A program made the translations under genes and the position numbers. A model generated the notes under the pieces. The model did not search any database. It was not told the DNA's origin and was given only the letters and a program-made list of their open reading frames with translations. 64,000 nucleotides of DNA. It comes from Torpedo marmorata (taxonomy: Eukaryota). The stretch is taken from positions 223,386,001 to 223,450,000 of the forward strand of contig OZ360222.1 in the NCBI GenBank assembly GCA_977017645.1, given 5' to 3'. This document shows, piece by piece, positions 37,510 through 51,867 of the stretch. Positions within the stretch are counted from its first letter, which is position 1. Each line of letters begins with the position of its first letter.

Positions 37510-39520
37510 ATCAAAATTCATTTGTAAAGAAGAAAATAAGAAGGAACAAAGAGCACCCAGATCAATCATCCGTTCAAAGGGTCAGACCAACAAATACTAT
37601 GAATGAAATCCATAAACATATTTCCCTCAGAACTCTTCTGTCTATTAATCTTATGATCTCACGATCTGCTGAGTAAGTTTATCACATGGCAATTCAAACT
37701 GTGCACAACCCAATTCCTCACAAAGGTCCAAGAACAACAGAGGAATCTTATTCGCATATTATAATATACTGTTCAAAATTGCTTTGGTATTCTCTCTCTG
37801 CATAATCATGGAAGAACCTGATTGAATATTGTGAGGGGTGGGGGGGGGGTCCATCATTATGTAGAAGTTTCTTATGCTACCACCATAATTAGTTCAAAAA
37901 TTTCACATTTTGCAGAATATCACTTTTGGTTATATATTAACAGATACTAAATAAATAAGACCTTAATGGCATCAAATCTTAACAGATATTTGGTTAATTG
38001 TCTGAAACCTGTACATTGAGGGTTCTTCAAAGAGCAGATAGGTTGTTATACCTTTTATAACAGTTCAATATTCAGCTCATTCTCTATTTTATGAGCAACA
38101 GTTTAATTTCTAATCACAAATCCATGCCTTTAAAATGAAAACATATGTTAAAACTGCTTCTGTGCTGATTTGTGATTTAGTGCTAACTATCAAACTAAAA
38201 CAGGGCTCACACCAACCCTGACATTCTATTAACCAGCACTTTTAGTATGAATACAGTAATCTAATTGCAAACTTGATGGAAAGTGGGTGTCTAACTGTGA
38301 ACTCCATCTACATCTGACAACAGTGGGATTGGGGCAGAACGGCATACACTTCAACTTGAGTTTGCAACAGTTTGAATACGGACCCGTGATTACAAGACTA
38401 ACATTACACTTTATTCCTTATCAAAGAGAACCTCTGTACAAGGGGGTGAAAAGGTAGAATGCTGCTGGAAGGAGAAATAGAGATAACGTTTCAGCTCCAA
38501 ACGTTTAAGGGTGTTTGAAACGTTAGCTCTGTTTTCTCCTTCCACAAATGCTGCTTAATCTGCGGAGTATTTCCTGCATTATCTGATTTATTTCCGATTT
38601 TCAGTATATGCATTATTTTAATGTTCATTCGATATTTATAAAATGCCTCTGCAGTTTCTATTCCGTGACTCAAAATAGACTGGTGCAGCTCGCCACCAAT
38701 GCCAGCTCTTATGTCAAAATGGCCTGGCACTTGCTTACTACACGGGTGAGTCCCTTGCGAACTGTCACTGGCACATCCCACATTGAAACACGTTGCAACG
38801 TGGGAGTTGGTTTCACTATTAGGTGAGCTTTCGCCAAGACAGAGAGCCAGAGAAAGGAGGAGGCTCGACTTGGGGAACTGTTCATCAGTTTTGATCATTA
38901 AATCTCAAACTTTGATGGTGCGATCTCTTCTTAGGATGGGCTTTGCTATCCGAACGCTTTCTATACCGTCTGCCCAGTTGGAGGCCATTTGGCCCCCGAT
39001 AATAACGCCTCTAAAATTTGAATCGAATTTATCGCCTTCACCAGGCACGGCATCAAAAGCCAAACATTCGAAAGAACCCCCAATGCATTTAACGCCATGT
39101 ACCGCATGGATTCACACAAACATGGACAAACCTGCTGTGTCCAGGTTCACCTTCTGTGTTTCCCATAAAGGACCTGGTCAACAAAATAAATCAACGGGAG
39201 CAAACTCGTAACCTCAATGTAGGAATTATGCTCCAAACTTTGAATTCGACCGTTGCTCTGGATATGGCCAAACTGGATAAACGCAACTTGTTTCAAGAAC
39301 CATGTTAAACGACCCCGCAACCAACCCCCACCCCCCAAAACAAAAACCTAGCAAAACAAGTGTATTAAAACCTGAGATATAACCAACTTCATCTACATGA
39401 CACTGATTTATCCCCCCCCCCCCACCAAGATAGTTGGATGTAAGTGGTACTTCGAGGAAGAATCGCGTCTGGAGGTGTCATGTACTGAAATACTGAAGTT
39501 AGCAGGTTACATTGCCTCTG

Positions 39521-39541
39521 GGAGCTGTCCGTGGTGCTGAA
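39521..39541 (-). promoter_or_regulatory. RE1/NRSE element (REST binding site)
   Basis: Minus strand reads TTCAGCACCACGGACAGCTCC, a 20/21 match to the canonical TTCAGCACCACGGACAGCGCC. Confidence 0.9.
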
Positions 39542-42500
39542 GGCACGTCCTCGGGAGACAGCCACATGGAATCTCTCAGAAGGTTATGATGCTGGCCGAT
39601 TGACCTTGGAGACTCCACGGTCGCCGTGGTTTATTGTCTACGTCTGAGTCTGGATTAAATAAAGCACTGTTTGTGAAACAAACAAGACATATTGTATTAA
39701 TGCCGCAGGCACTGTGAAAATATTTGTTAAAATTTAGATCGGCAAAAATTCTGACTTGGCGTACTTTTTGTATAAACATAACAGCAGCAACCCATGAAGA
39801 AACATAATTTTTCCTTGTACATTCCATCATTACTTCACTGGTTAAAGCTCTCAGCTTCTAGAATTGTCTTAATTTCCTCTTTTACATCTCTGCCAAGTAA
39901 TATTTTGGATTGTTTGTCAAAGAGGAAAGAAAGTCTTGATTTTTTTTCGAACAGCCGCTTGCTTTTATTGCCTTTTTGACGTCTATACATTACATCATAC
40001 AGTGAAGAATCAATCTTCGTCTCATAAATAAGGCGTTGTTAAAATTTATCAACACATTTTTACCGAACGCATAACAAATTGGATTTCTGCATGATCCAAT
40101 TCTATTTACACTTTGGCATATCATATTAACACTGTTTGAAGCTATGTTTCTTTCCCCGTCTTATTTCGACGTGTTTAACTTGAAAAGCTCATGTTATAAC
40201 TGGTGGGTCAAAATATTCATCGGAGAAACGAATTCTTCCAACTCCTTAAATGGTTTTAATTCTTTACCGAATTAGATCGTCGTGTTCTTTCTGGGCTATA
40301 GTTTTTGGGTTTTTTTTGCAGCTGAATTTTATATAAAAATACGAAGATTCTTATTCCGAGAAATAAATTCCCACAGTGTTGACTAAATACTACATAAGTG
40401 AGAGAATTACTCTGGTTGAAGTGCCCGAACGGCTCGGTTATCCAAGCATTAACTTTCTGAGTTAACAATTACCAATGATTAATGGGGACTCTGGTATTTG
40501 CTTCACCATGAAATCCGCCATAATTACATGATTTATTATCCACAGTACTTTGTGCTGACCTACACGAATCGAATCAATCAACATATAGAAGCCAAATACC
40601 CCAAACAGGAAGTGGTATATCTCACTACCGAATTAGCTCCTCCACACTCTGAACGTCCATTAGATCTCGGCTGGGTAGGTGGTGGATCTTATCTACAACT
40701 TTTCCCGAGCCAACTTTTAACATGCGTTGATTCTGCCCTTGTACCATATGCACACAAATTACTCGCCAACATTATTGAGCAACAAGACCGTTCGATCCCA
40801 GTTACCCTAATCGCATCGTACATGACATACGTCAGAAAAAAAAGTGAAAATTATGGCCACTTCACCCCCCTCCCCCACCTCCACCAAAACTCAACATGGA
40901 AAACCAATGGGCGATCTGATCACCATACAAAGTCGCGAAGACCCATGTAAATATACAGGTGATGAATTCCATTTTTTAATTTGCTACTTACACCAAAATA
41001 TGAAGGTCTTGAAAGACCCCGGATAATTACGACACTAACATCCAAACTCTTTTCATGATAGAACCGGCATTATTTCACCTTCATCATATTTACCATATTC
41101 GAAGAAACATACGGATCACAGATACATAATGACCTTCAAAGCAAATAAGTGCCTTTTATAAGTGCACAATTCTCAACAGTTTTAATGGTTCGTTTGTAAA
41201 ACAACTTCAGGTACTTTTAAGGAAATATCAGAGATGTAATTACCGAACTCCAACCAAGAGAGGGATAATGTTATTTGCTATACCTTTCAGTATAGTTTTA
41301 TCAACGGCCAGGAGTAGGGATATTGGGGGACTTAAACCAGCCTTTAGGCATTACAAATGACCTTTTCTAGATTTGCATTTGATTAATGCACAGTGATGTA
41401 ACAGCAGGCACACTAAACGACTGAGCGTCTGAGACAGGTTCAGGTGCGTACCTTCTCCTTGTTACAATTTCAATTTGCAATAAAAATTGCCAAAAACTGC
41501 AATACCATTAATATCGGCAAATACTTTTGTTTTCCCCTATCACGTTTGCTTTTTCTGGTCCAAATGCATATCAATGTTAAGGTACCTGCGAAAAAAAAAT
41601 TCAAACAAAAGCTGCGTGTGTCTTTACTGATGAATTTTGCTGGCCAGCTACCCGGGAGATTCATTCCTGAGTAGGAACCCATAAATCAAGAGGCAGCTCC
41701 CTATTGTATGCTACATCTTATGCAAAAAGGTGTTCCAGTCAGTGCCAAAGGCTGCAAAATCCTATTACAACTGAGGTCATTAATTATAGAAAGTCGACAA
41801 AACTGAATCATGCTATTTTTCACCGAAAGCTTGCATTGTATACGGCGCCTCTTCAAAACCTGCGCAAGCGCACAGTTTGTTGTCACCGTACACGTACATA
41901 CACAAAGTACTCACCAGTACGAACATTTATAGTGCAAACACATGTGTAAATGCATGTAATATACGCATTGTTTACACCACAAAGACATTGCTCTGTGCAT
42001 GGACTATAGAAGACATTCAGAGTAGATACCGACATCCTTCAATCTCACATGCATATTCTTATTCATAATCCCCCTTTGCCACCCACGATCACACATTCAA
42101 CACAGACACCGATGAGCAAATATTATGGTTTTAAATAAACGAAAACAGCCAAGGTCATACCAAATGGAGAATAATTTCTTTGGGACTATCCGGGCGAGTC
42201 TACAGAACAATGCTGGACACATAGTGAGCAGAATATCGGCTTAAACCTCGGAGGTATCGATAAACATCAACTTCAAATCAGCATCAAGAGATGTGCACAC
42301 GCGTGGAATTCAAGAGTGGAAACCTTTTCACATATATGTCAACGTTTTGTAAGTCAAACTGGAACATTAATGCTTGTGCTGACTTTTGCTTTTGCGTTCT
42401 TTTTGTTTTTATCAGGAATTTATTTGCATCTTTCAACATTACATCTGTAGTTCTTTCAAATTGGAATAATATAGTTTGAACAGTTAATGATTTGGAGCAA

Positions 42501-42611
42501 ATTGTAGGTGGTTCCCCTCAGAAAAAAACCACAATCATTTCATTAATGTTATTGTATAAGGGCGTCCAATCATAAACCTGTCTTTGACTACATCTATATA
42601 AAGTGAGGCGA

Positions 42612-42868
42612 TGAAAGGTTAGGGGAGAAATCAGGGGTACGTTTTTTATTATAGAGAGTAGTGGGTGCCTACAATGCATGGCCAGGAGTGGTGGTGGATG
42701 CCGATACAAGAGGGACATTTAAAATACTCTTAGACAGGCACATGGATGCAAGAAAAATAGGGTTATGGGTGTGAGGTAGGGAAGGTTTAGATTGTTGAGT
42801 GGGTTTACATAGCTCGGCACAAATCGTGGCCCGAACGGCCTGCACTGTGCTGGAAATGTTCTATGTTC
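42612..42868 (+). mobile_element. CR1-type LINE 3' fragment
   Basis: ...gagagtagtgggtgcctacaatgc...acatttaaaatactcttagacaggcacatgg...gcccgaacggcctgcactgtgctg...gttctatgttct tail. Confidence 0.75.
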
Positions 42869-43807
42869 TCTGAACATGGTACAAAAGAATTTGCATAAAT
42901 TTACAGATCAAAGTTAAGGTAAATGTTAACTTATTGAAATACCCAAGCAGCTAACAAAAATTGGCGATTAAAATGTAGGGGTTCCACCTGTAAACCTGGG
43001 GTCAAATCATTTATGCGACACTTGGATAATACACATTTCAGTCATTAGTCTTCATGATGAAGCCTATCGCGTATTCCCTTTTCGTACACACCATTGGGGT
43101 TCATTTGATTGATGGCTCATTGATGATAAACCCAACACAGCTTAAACAATTACAATGAATAGGTCCAACTGGAACTGGATTGCAAAGATTCTGAAGGAAA
43201 TTACACTAAAATATTAAATATACGTCACGTTAAGAAATATCAGTAAAACGATTGTGTTAATAATGACAACAAGGCGCTGTTGGCAGTTGGCCTCTGAACT
43301 GCATCTTTAAATTAAATAAGCATCTTATTCTTCACTGTGACTAAAAATTACATTCACAGTGGGTATTCGTATTCTTTCTATTCTAAAATAAAACTATTAG
43401 TTATATATCGGGTCAGGGAAATATCCTTTCAGAAAAGATCTGTGGGGGAAAAACGATAAGATCGGGAGAAAAAAACGTACCTAGTCTCTTGTCATATAAT
43501 TAGCTCTCAGAAGAGACCCTTTACCCGCGCTGTTTAAAACTCACTGGGGGAAATGCTTTAATTGACTGCTATTTCTGTCCCCTATCACCTTTTAACTTCT
43601 ATTTTTTAAAGTCAGGTTTCCGCCAAAAAAGGGTGTTTTGGGTAAGCTGTTTGAGTAACATTTCACTAAATTGCGTTCAATTCCTGAACTAACCGAGCGT
43701 TTATGATAATTTAGTGATTCAAACAATAGATGCAAGATGAAGCCTTAGAATGAAGTTGTTAGAATGGTAATGTACACTTAGAATGGATATTGTATATAAT
43801 GTATATA

Positions 43808-43881
43808 TGAGAGAGAGAAAAAGAGGGAGAGAGGGAGAAAGAGAAAGAAAGAAAGAGAGAGAGAGAGAAAGAGAAGAGAAA
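43808..43881 (+). repeat. GA-rich polypurine microsatellite
   Basis: gagagagagaaaaagagggagagagggagaaagagaaagaaagaaagagagagagagagaaagagaagagaaa. Confidence 0.9.
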
Positions 43882-44264
43882 TATTGTAAATAGCAGCTTG
43901 ACCGAATATATCTTCAAAGGTTCAATTGCGATTTTTATCATCAATATTCATCCACTGAGCTATACCTAGTAACTTTGTGTACTAAAGATACATGTTTGAA
44001 TAATAGATGTTTTGATGCATCATGTCTTCAAATCACTCTAACTACCTAATGTATACCTTGTCTAGAACAACGTAGTAATCCTATCACCTATTCTAGCTAA
44101 CAACAATGAACCCCAGTTGTTCTATGCTATGTTGAACTCTCTCTTTCATGGGTGAGCCCATATTTATCACAATTCTTATCACCCTACCGCACAACAGAAC
44201 GATTTCACAACAAAACACTCCCGAAATAAAGGGTTCTATTCACTCTTTGTAAAAAAAAAGGATA

Positions 44265-44270
44265 TTTATT
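44265..44270 (-). terminator. Candidate polyadenylation signal (AATAAA) of lhx5
   Basis: tttatt on + strand, about 630 nt past the stop. Followed on the minus strand by a U-rich run and a GU-rich tract (gagtgttttgttgtg, ~44205-44220). An alternative AATAAA lies at 44482-44487. Confidence 0.55.
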
Positions 44271-44902
44271 CAAGTTTTACTTTTTAACATCAATGGTGAC
44301 AATTTTACAGTTAATTAAAGAAATTTTAAAAGATGTCACGCGGGAATGTGTGGGATGATGGGACAGGAACTAACTACCCAAAGCACTAAAAGTGATTGTC
44401 ATCATCGATGCCAGATTCTTTCTCTATGACTCATGGAAACATGGATTGTCAGGTGATGGTGGGTGGAAACTAAAACGATCTTTTATTCACATTAACAACA
44501 GAATAATTAATTCTATTAATATCCAGTGCCTTCTTCCCACTTACTGCGGAGCGGCGCAGCCACAGCCCGAGTGTTCAGCAGGTGGCTTCTCTTCCAGAGT
44601 TGACTGCGCATGCCCGACGTGCCGCCATATACGCGTGCGCAACACCAACTTCCTCCCTCCTTGAGGTCACTTTTTTTGTTGCATGAGATGGTGTTGCTAA
44701 CTTGCCAATAGGCCACATCATCTCTGCCCCTGCGGGTTTGGGAGACGGGGGTTAAGGGGTTTCTGGGGAGATGTGGGATGGTGCCGGGGGGACGGGACGT
44801 TTAACAGAGTTTCGAAGAGCAGGAAGTTCAGTAGCCCAATGCCGGGTCTTGCGTCTTGGTTGGGGAGGTGAGCCGCTTGGATTCTCTGTGGCTTCATCTG
44901 CT

Positions 44903-45288
44903 TTACCAGACCGCCGTTTCGTTCATCTCCTGGCTCGGATGTGATAGCGGCCCGCTGTAGCCGCTGTTACTGGACATTGAGAAAGGCGGACTGGGTCCTC
45001 CGCTAAACACTTCTCCCGGGATCGGGTGCAGAGGCCCGGTCATGCCTGGCTCAGGGCTCGGGGTGTCAGGGTGGGAGATCATGTCCGTGTACCTTTGGTT
45101 TTCGCTGCCACCGATAGTGGGAGGATGGTGAGCGGAAAGGGGAGGTTCAAGTACTCCGAGTGAGGTTGCTCCAGGTCCTGAGGACTGCATGTAGCCGGAA
45201 TCTGCCGGCGAATGTGCTTGAGAGGATGGTGGGCCGTGCGGGAAAAAGTCATAGTTTGCAGCTGGCCCGTAATAGTCTCCTTGATACT
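44903..45288 (-). CDS. lhx5: LIM homeobox protein 5, exon 5 (C-terminus and stop)
   Basis: Acceptor tgtctcatgcag|. Encodes [16 protein letters not shown]...[15 protein letters not shown]...[12 protein letters not shown]...EMNETAVW then TAA. 386 nt. The five exons sum to 1224 nt, in frame. Confidence 0.97.
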
Positions 45289-47976
45289 CTGCATGAGACA
45301 AAAAAGAGAGTAGTTTAGCTTTGCAATGAATTTCTAAATTATTTCAAGGAGCATTCAAATGCAGCTTACATTTGGGATTCTTTCTCACCACGCCACCAAA
45401 CCATTGTAACTCTTAAATCAAAAATATAATATCAAGAAATGTAATTTGAATTCTGCTGAACATATTATCAGCAGTTAAAACGCAGTGGCTTGACAAAGTT
45501 GTCTAGTGAGGGCTTGTTGCACCTCATTCATCACACCGACAACTAAATCTCACTCGCTATGCTCTCAGGAGTGTGGCGTTCATGCTATAACTTGCATCTC
45601 AAAAGAACGGCGCCGAATTTTCTTTAATAACATTTGAACATAGGCCTTAATTTTCCGGTTTTGGTCGCCATGAAAATTTTCGGCCATCCAACTGAATCTT
45701 ATTTTGTAAACAATTCCTGGATGACATGCTTTGGAATTCCTTGGTTGGGGTGGGTTTGTATCTTTGGGATGTTATAATCATAACTTTAGAATTGTGTTCT
45801 TTTTCTATCTTCTATTTCTACACAGTCAGAACAAGTATGATGTGTGAGTTCCTGCTCATTACCCAGAATTGTCACTTTAACCAAGTTTCGTGACCTTGTG
45901 AGTAACTTTAGTCAATCGGCCTCCTCATTACAAATTAAACTTTGGTTCATATGCAAGAAAGGTTGATTGTAGCAAACACTGCAAAAGTAACGCAAGTAGC
46001 ATTTGCACGATTCATTTTAGAAGGAACAATTATGATGTTTGGTAATTGTCGGAAGTCGTCAATTTCAGAGCTAGTCGCCAATTGAATCCTTCCTGGCTAA
46101 TATTCCTGAAATATGCCTGAAGTAAAACCCTTTCTAATGTAAACAACGTATTAGTTCACGTGATCTCGCTGTCCATTTGTCTATAAAATCTATTTTGTGC
46201 ATGAACGTGTAAAGTCTGATAAAATAGTTTCCAAAATAATATAGTTTGATAGTCTGATGTTTTACAGAATTTCTATTTGAAATCTATTGATGTTCGTGCA
46301 TTTTGTTGTTCTTGGAGCTACGATTTTTGATACTCTGCAATTTTGCTAAAATTTTATAAACAAATTAAAGGAAAATAGTAATGTGTGTATTTTACAGTGG
46401 TCAATACTTCTCATGCTAATTAAATCTAGCAAAAGTATCATCCTTTATGTATACCTACTAGATATTGGTTGTAGCAATAAAGTTTTCATCCTGCCTAAAG
46501 CATTCCTCACATTTGCAGGATTGAGCAATAAGAGACGAATACAAATCCACACGCTGGCATTAAGTTCGGATTCATAAAGTTAAGCTACCCAATGAGATGT
46601 CCAAAGTTCATAGTTTGCTAAAATCAACGTGCAATATCAACAAGTGTAAAATCACTGATTATTTGTTGTTATGGTTACATTTTTGACATTCACAACATTG
46701 CATCGAATTTATAACAAAATTGATAGAATATAATAGTGTCTGTTCCAAATAAGGTATTGTAATTTATGGAAGTATCAATAAAGCATTATTGCTATAATTT
46801 ACGTATTGGAAGGGTCTTTCTATGATATCAATTACAAAGCAATGTTAACTTGTTGCATTAACTGCGCTACCGCTGTCAAAACTGAATTCGTATTAATATC
46901 GCCATATTTGTTAGATCAAGATAGGTTTGGGAACTTCTTTAGTACATAGAAAGACGTATTTAGAACAAGATTGTTAGATTCCCTTCGCCAAAAACTGTGT
47001 AACGTTAATTTAGTGACGATGCTGTTTTAAATCTGGAAGCAGAAGGCTACAGCAAACGGCAAAGAGCAGAGTCGTGGCGCTGTGCAAGTGACCCTCCATA
47101 TGCTCGAAGAGTTCGAGGTAATTGGAACAAATCCTGGGTGAATAACCGACAAAAGACTGCAGCTGTAGCTTTGTTCGCGGGAACACAAGAGAAAGTGCAG
47201 GCTGAATGGGTAAGGCTTCTCTTCAAAAAGACAGCTTCATCACAATGCATTGCTTTATCAGGCGCAACTTGGCCAGTGCCGGAGCGGAATCTCTTACAGG
47301 GGGGGATTAAAGAGCTCAACAGGCTGCGATCATTCACTCAATACCCATGCAGATGCCACAAAACGAGTGGGAAAGTCATAGCAACCGTGCACCTTCGGTC
47401 GGATCCTAGGTACAGGGCGTAAACTAGGCGCCTATCAAATGAACACTTGGCTTGAATCTAGAGTGGGCCGTGCGGCTCGCATACAATGAAAGGCTTGGTT
47501 AACCGTTTCAGTGAAACGTTTAGATAATTGTCGGAGATGACAAAAAAAATCCCCGGTGAAGGAAGATGGACATAGATCGCAACATGACTAACGCACACCC
47601 GACCCGCCCTTCCCCCAAAGTGACGTGACGATTATTTTTAAGACTTGGAAACTATTACATTTTGCAAGAAAAGATCATTTGCCTTATTTTCTTACAAATC
47701 TGCTTGATTAAACGCGAAATACTTTTCTGAATTGCACCTTACGCGAAACCAGACCTCCTAAGCATCAGGTTACATAAAGGCCTGTCCAACATGCTTAAGA
47801 GTTGACGTTCTGATTGTAAAAATAAGTAGATGTGTCTGCTGGCAACCTAAGACCACTTTTCGCACCCTTTTCTGCCATCTCAATGAAAATTATAATATCA
47901 GGAAGATAAAGAAGCTCGTCACGCAGAAAAAAAAAAGCAGATGTTCTCTCGTGGAAGCTGAATGTTGTGAAAGTAC

Positions 47977-48142
47977 CTCCGTAATAATTGTAGGTAGCAG
48001 ACCCCATCATTTCCGATTCGTCTAGGCGCCCTCCCAAAGGGCGCATGCGCCTGGGACTTCGGAAGAAAGCGTGCCGCCGCGCACCCAGGGCACTCAACTG
48101 CTTCATCCTCCTCTCTTTAGATCTTCTATTCTGAAACCAGAC
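47977..48142 (-). CDS. lhx5: LIM homeobox protein 5, exon 4 (homeodomain helix 3 onward)
   Basis: Acceptor tttgccag|. Encodes [55 protein letters not shown]; [12 protein letters not shown] is Lhx5-type. Donor GAG|GTACTT. 166 nt. Confidence 0.97.
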
Positions 48143-48863
48143 CTGGCAAAACAATGGCCCGTTCTTTAATGGAACTATAGCAAGTGCATTTAATCACACC
48201 CACCCATGTGAATGGTGAAATTATTGGTGAAACCAGTTCAAAGAAATCGCGTCATCTCAGTTCATTAAAAAGCAATTCCCTTCTCTGTGATACATGTTAT
48301 GAAGAAAATGACGTTAATACCGAATGTTCAAGAAGTCGAACGCTTTTCCACAAATAATTAATCTTAATAATTTGGGAATCGACGCACAATGGCGCAATTC
48401 TGTGTGCCGGATAAACTGGAAAAAAAGGACATCACTCTGGTTAGCAAGAGTCTGAGGAAGAGTTAACTGTAAATGTTGTGGGTACGGACAAAGCACCAGG
48501 CTGACAATGCGAACGCAGCCCGGGCATTAAACAGTAATGGCAAGGCGTTCACAGAAGAAGGCGTCCACTCTCCCAGCCGTGTCGGTATCCTCTGAACCGT
48601 GCTACATATATATTTAATTATTGAAACCCACCTGTGTTTTTAGTGTCCTTTTTATATCATCACATTTTCAAGACAATATATCTATTCCAAATATGTGTAC
48701 CATAATTTAATGCAAAAGTAATGAAAATATTTGTGTACGCAAATAAAATAATCGTATCCAGTGCACTGTTTAAAATACAATTGCCAATTTAAAAATTGAG
48801 TGTGATGGCCACGGTACATAGATGGGCTGAATCTGGGCCGATAAATCAAAGATGTGATGATAC

Positions 48864-49141
48864 CTGAATAACCCGCATGTTGAGGCCTGTTTCCTGAGCA
48901 AGTTGCTCCCGTATATGTCGCGTGGGCTTCGGGGTAGCGGCGAAGGCAGCTTTTAATGTTTCTAACTGTTTGGCTTTAATCGTTGTCCGTGGTCCTCTCC
49001 GCTTGGTGCCCGTGCTTTGCTCCTCGTTCTCATTATTCTGCGTCTCTTTGTCTGACGAGGTGGAATTGTCCGTTTCTTTTGTATCGTCTATATTCTGATC
49101 CTGGATATCAGGCGACAAACTCCGATCTGTACACGAAGATA
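48864..49141 (-). CDS. lhx5: LIM homeobox protein 5, exon 3 (linker and homeodomain N-part)
   Basis: Acceptor gtctttcag|. Encodes [12 protein letters not shown]...[13 protein letters not shown] (Lhx5-type linker) and [47 protein letters not shown]. Donor CAG|GTATCA. 278 nt. Confidence 0.97.
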
Positions 49142-49877
49142 CTGAAAGACATAACTGGCTTTTATTAACCTGTCAGGAGCAGGATTCAGTGAAAACTACC
49201 ATTGATATCATCCCAACAACAATCATTTAAATATACTCGCCAGATATTATGAGGTGGAAAATGACTTCTCATAAAGAAAATACAAACTAATAATTATTAG
49301 CAACATTTTAAACATACCTCTAATATAACATGCACCATTACGGTTTCATGAAATACATATTTAAAGTTTTGACATTCTGATTTCACGCTAAAAAGCCTTT
49401 TAAATCTACCATTCAATGAAAACGGAATGTTATTGTCATTTATTTTGATACAATCCAGTTGAAATTTCAGTTATAACAACATTCATGAAAACAGCAATTG
49501 CTCACAATATTCCGTATTTGTAAAATACGTTGGGCTGATTTTAAGTTTAAACCACATTAAAGCCAAATTTAAATTCTGGGAGCTAATTCCCATGAGTGAT
49601 AAGTTAAATATAATAAATTATCTCCTCTTCTTGTAAGCAGTCTTTTAGAGAACAAACGCGCGGGATGTGGCCAGCGTGAATGGAGAGTTTGAAGAAATGG
49701 CAAAGAAGTCCTGAAGATTTGCGAAGTTTTCCATTGCACAGGATGGAGAAGGGGCGTCAAAGGGGGAAATGCTTTGAGACGTTTTGAATTGGAAACATCT
49801 CATAGGGAAGAAACACAACAACAACTCCCGCCCTCCCCCAAGTATTATTTAACACCCGCATAGTCTTTGCGCCTTAC

Positions 49878-50101
49878 CTGAATTTAAATTGGTGTCTTTT
49901 AAACTGTTGGTGCTCAGATAGTCTTCTTTGCACACAAATTTGTTTTCGTCAATGATATACAGTTCCTCTCCAGTCGACAGTTGTTTGTTACAAACCATAC
50001 AAGTAAAGCAGTTTAGGTGAAACACTTTATTTCTTGCTTTTCTTACGAGGTCACTGGGAGAAATACCTTGATAACATCCCGCACATTTTGTACCAAACCG
50101 C
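49878..50101 (-). CDS. lhx5: LIM homeobox protein 5, exon 2 (LIM2 domain)
   Basis: Acceptor tgtttacag|G. Encodes [62 protein letters not shown]...NLNS. Donor CAG|GTAAGG. 224 nt. Confidence 0.97.
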
Positions 50102-51867
50102 CTGTAAACAGAAATTGGCTCCATGTAAATGTATACCACCTCCATAATCAAATAAGTCTTTACCATCTCATTGAGAAAATTGTCCAATTAGGACGGTTAC
50201 GAGGACCTTATAATTATAAACAGTTCTCTGAGTCTGACAAACCAGTTTTGCTTTGGGGAAGCATGTAAAGTATCTCCGCAAGGCACCAATTCCACTTCTG
50301 GTAGTTGCATGGAGATTTGAAGGAAGCTCGCATCCATACTTAAATTAAATTCACACGCATTTCGTTGTTTGATGTTTGCTATGGATATTGTCTTTAATAC
50401 GGAAAAATGTAAAATCTAAATTTAAAATTTGAATTTATGTTAATCCTCTGAATAATTAATTCGAGTTAATAGTAACCCATAAGTGAAAAGAGATCCAAAG
50501 TACGTTATAATAAAAAAAGTTGTTAAACCAGGGAAAAAATGTTACCCTTGGGGTTGAACACATTAGCTTTCACAAAAACATACGGAGAACCAAGATTTGT
50601 ATATATATTTATTGCATATACATTGATTGGGAAAATGTTTCCAAAGATTTTCCCCACTGCTTAAAATTCTTTGAAAACAATGACTATTTTTAAGTGATTG
50701 GCTTCGAGTTGGAAAATCGCGGAAGATTCCGGGACAGGAGATGAGGACGAGGCCAACATCAACCAACCTCAGTTGCTCTAGGTCTAGACCACGGAAAGTC
50801 ATGCATCGCCCGACACAATCCATCCCATAATTATTTCCTTGGACTCAATACCACAGCTGCCGTGCAGACTGATTTTGGTGACAATGACGTTGATTTAGTA
50901 AAAGAATTAGAGATCATAAGTCATCTTTGTCTTATCCGCGGGGTGTAATTGGTTCGTCTGCAGCTTAACAGAGTCATTAAATACGTTTAAGTATTGCTAC
51001 ATTAGGCACCTTAAAGGAATTGTCAAATTGCTGAATAGTTTGTATTTGGAACGAGTCAGAAAGAGAAAAGTCCCATTATTTCCATTTAAATGCACCTTAG
51101 TTAGGCCCTGCATACACGTGCTATTTCAAGCCACCTGCAGTTTAAATTCAGTTTTTAAACAATACAGTGCTTCGTTGTCTTCATCACGATGAAAATAAGT
51201 ATATATCTTCTGAGTCTGAATCACAACTCCTGCCAGTTCTTCTTTTCATGATACTTCCTCAAATTGTTACAAGTTTTTAAACTTGGAGGAGGGGCGTAGT
51301 AAGGGGCGGGGGTGGAGAGAAGACCATATACTATTTCAATAATGAAACGGTCACACAATAGTGACTATATATTGGAAATCCACGTTTAAATATCTCCCCT
51401 TAAGGACGTATGTATTCGAAGGGACGCGGAAATATGAATAGACCCGGAAACAATTAGAGCTAGTTATACTAATGATCAGATAGGTTGGAAATAATTATTG
51501 CGTGCGTTTATGTAAATCGTAAATTGTAGTATTACATTCTTACATCAAATCCATTAGGGGTGTTTCCTGTAACGACTATTTATCATTAAAGTCACGGGCC
51601 TTTTCTAAATCCAACTGTAGGCCTCTCCTGGAATTAAAATTAAAACTTGATTGCCTTGTTATACTTACTGTGGTTATTTAATTCTACTTGGGTAATTTAA
51701 ATTTAGCTCCATAATTGTTCTGTGTAGACAAATAGACGGAACAATCCAATGGACAAACAACATTCATAACTCCGCTGCGTTTCATATTGTGACATAACTA
51801 CGCGGGCTGGAGCTTTAAAACACAACCTTGTCGTTTTAAAATGACAGCGGATGTTCATTTAACTCAC

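Noticed and set aside
1-38000. Exons of the expected neighbour gene (serine dehydratase-like, SDSL/SDS)
   Set aside because: No matching motifs (e.g. GSFKIRG, SSGGNAG, VGGGG) in the ORF track or by eye; small exons could have been missed.
47795-50187. ORF-track N- and C-terminal extensions of lhx5 exons 2-4
   Set aside because: Read-through into introns; canonical splice sites define shorter in-frame exons.
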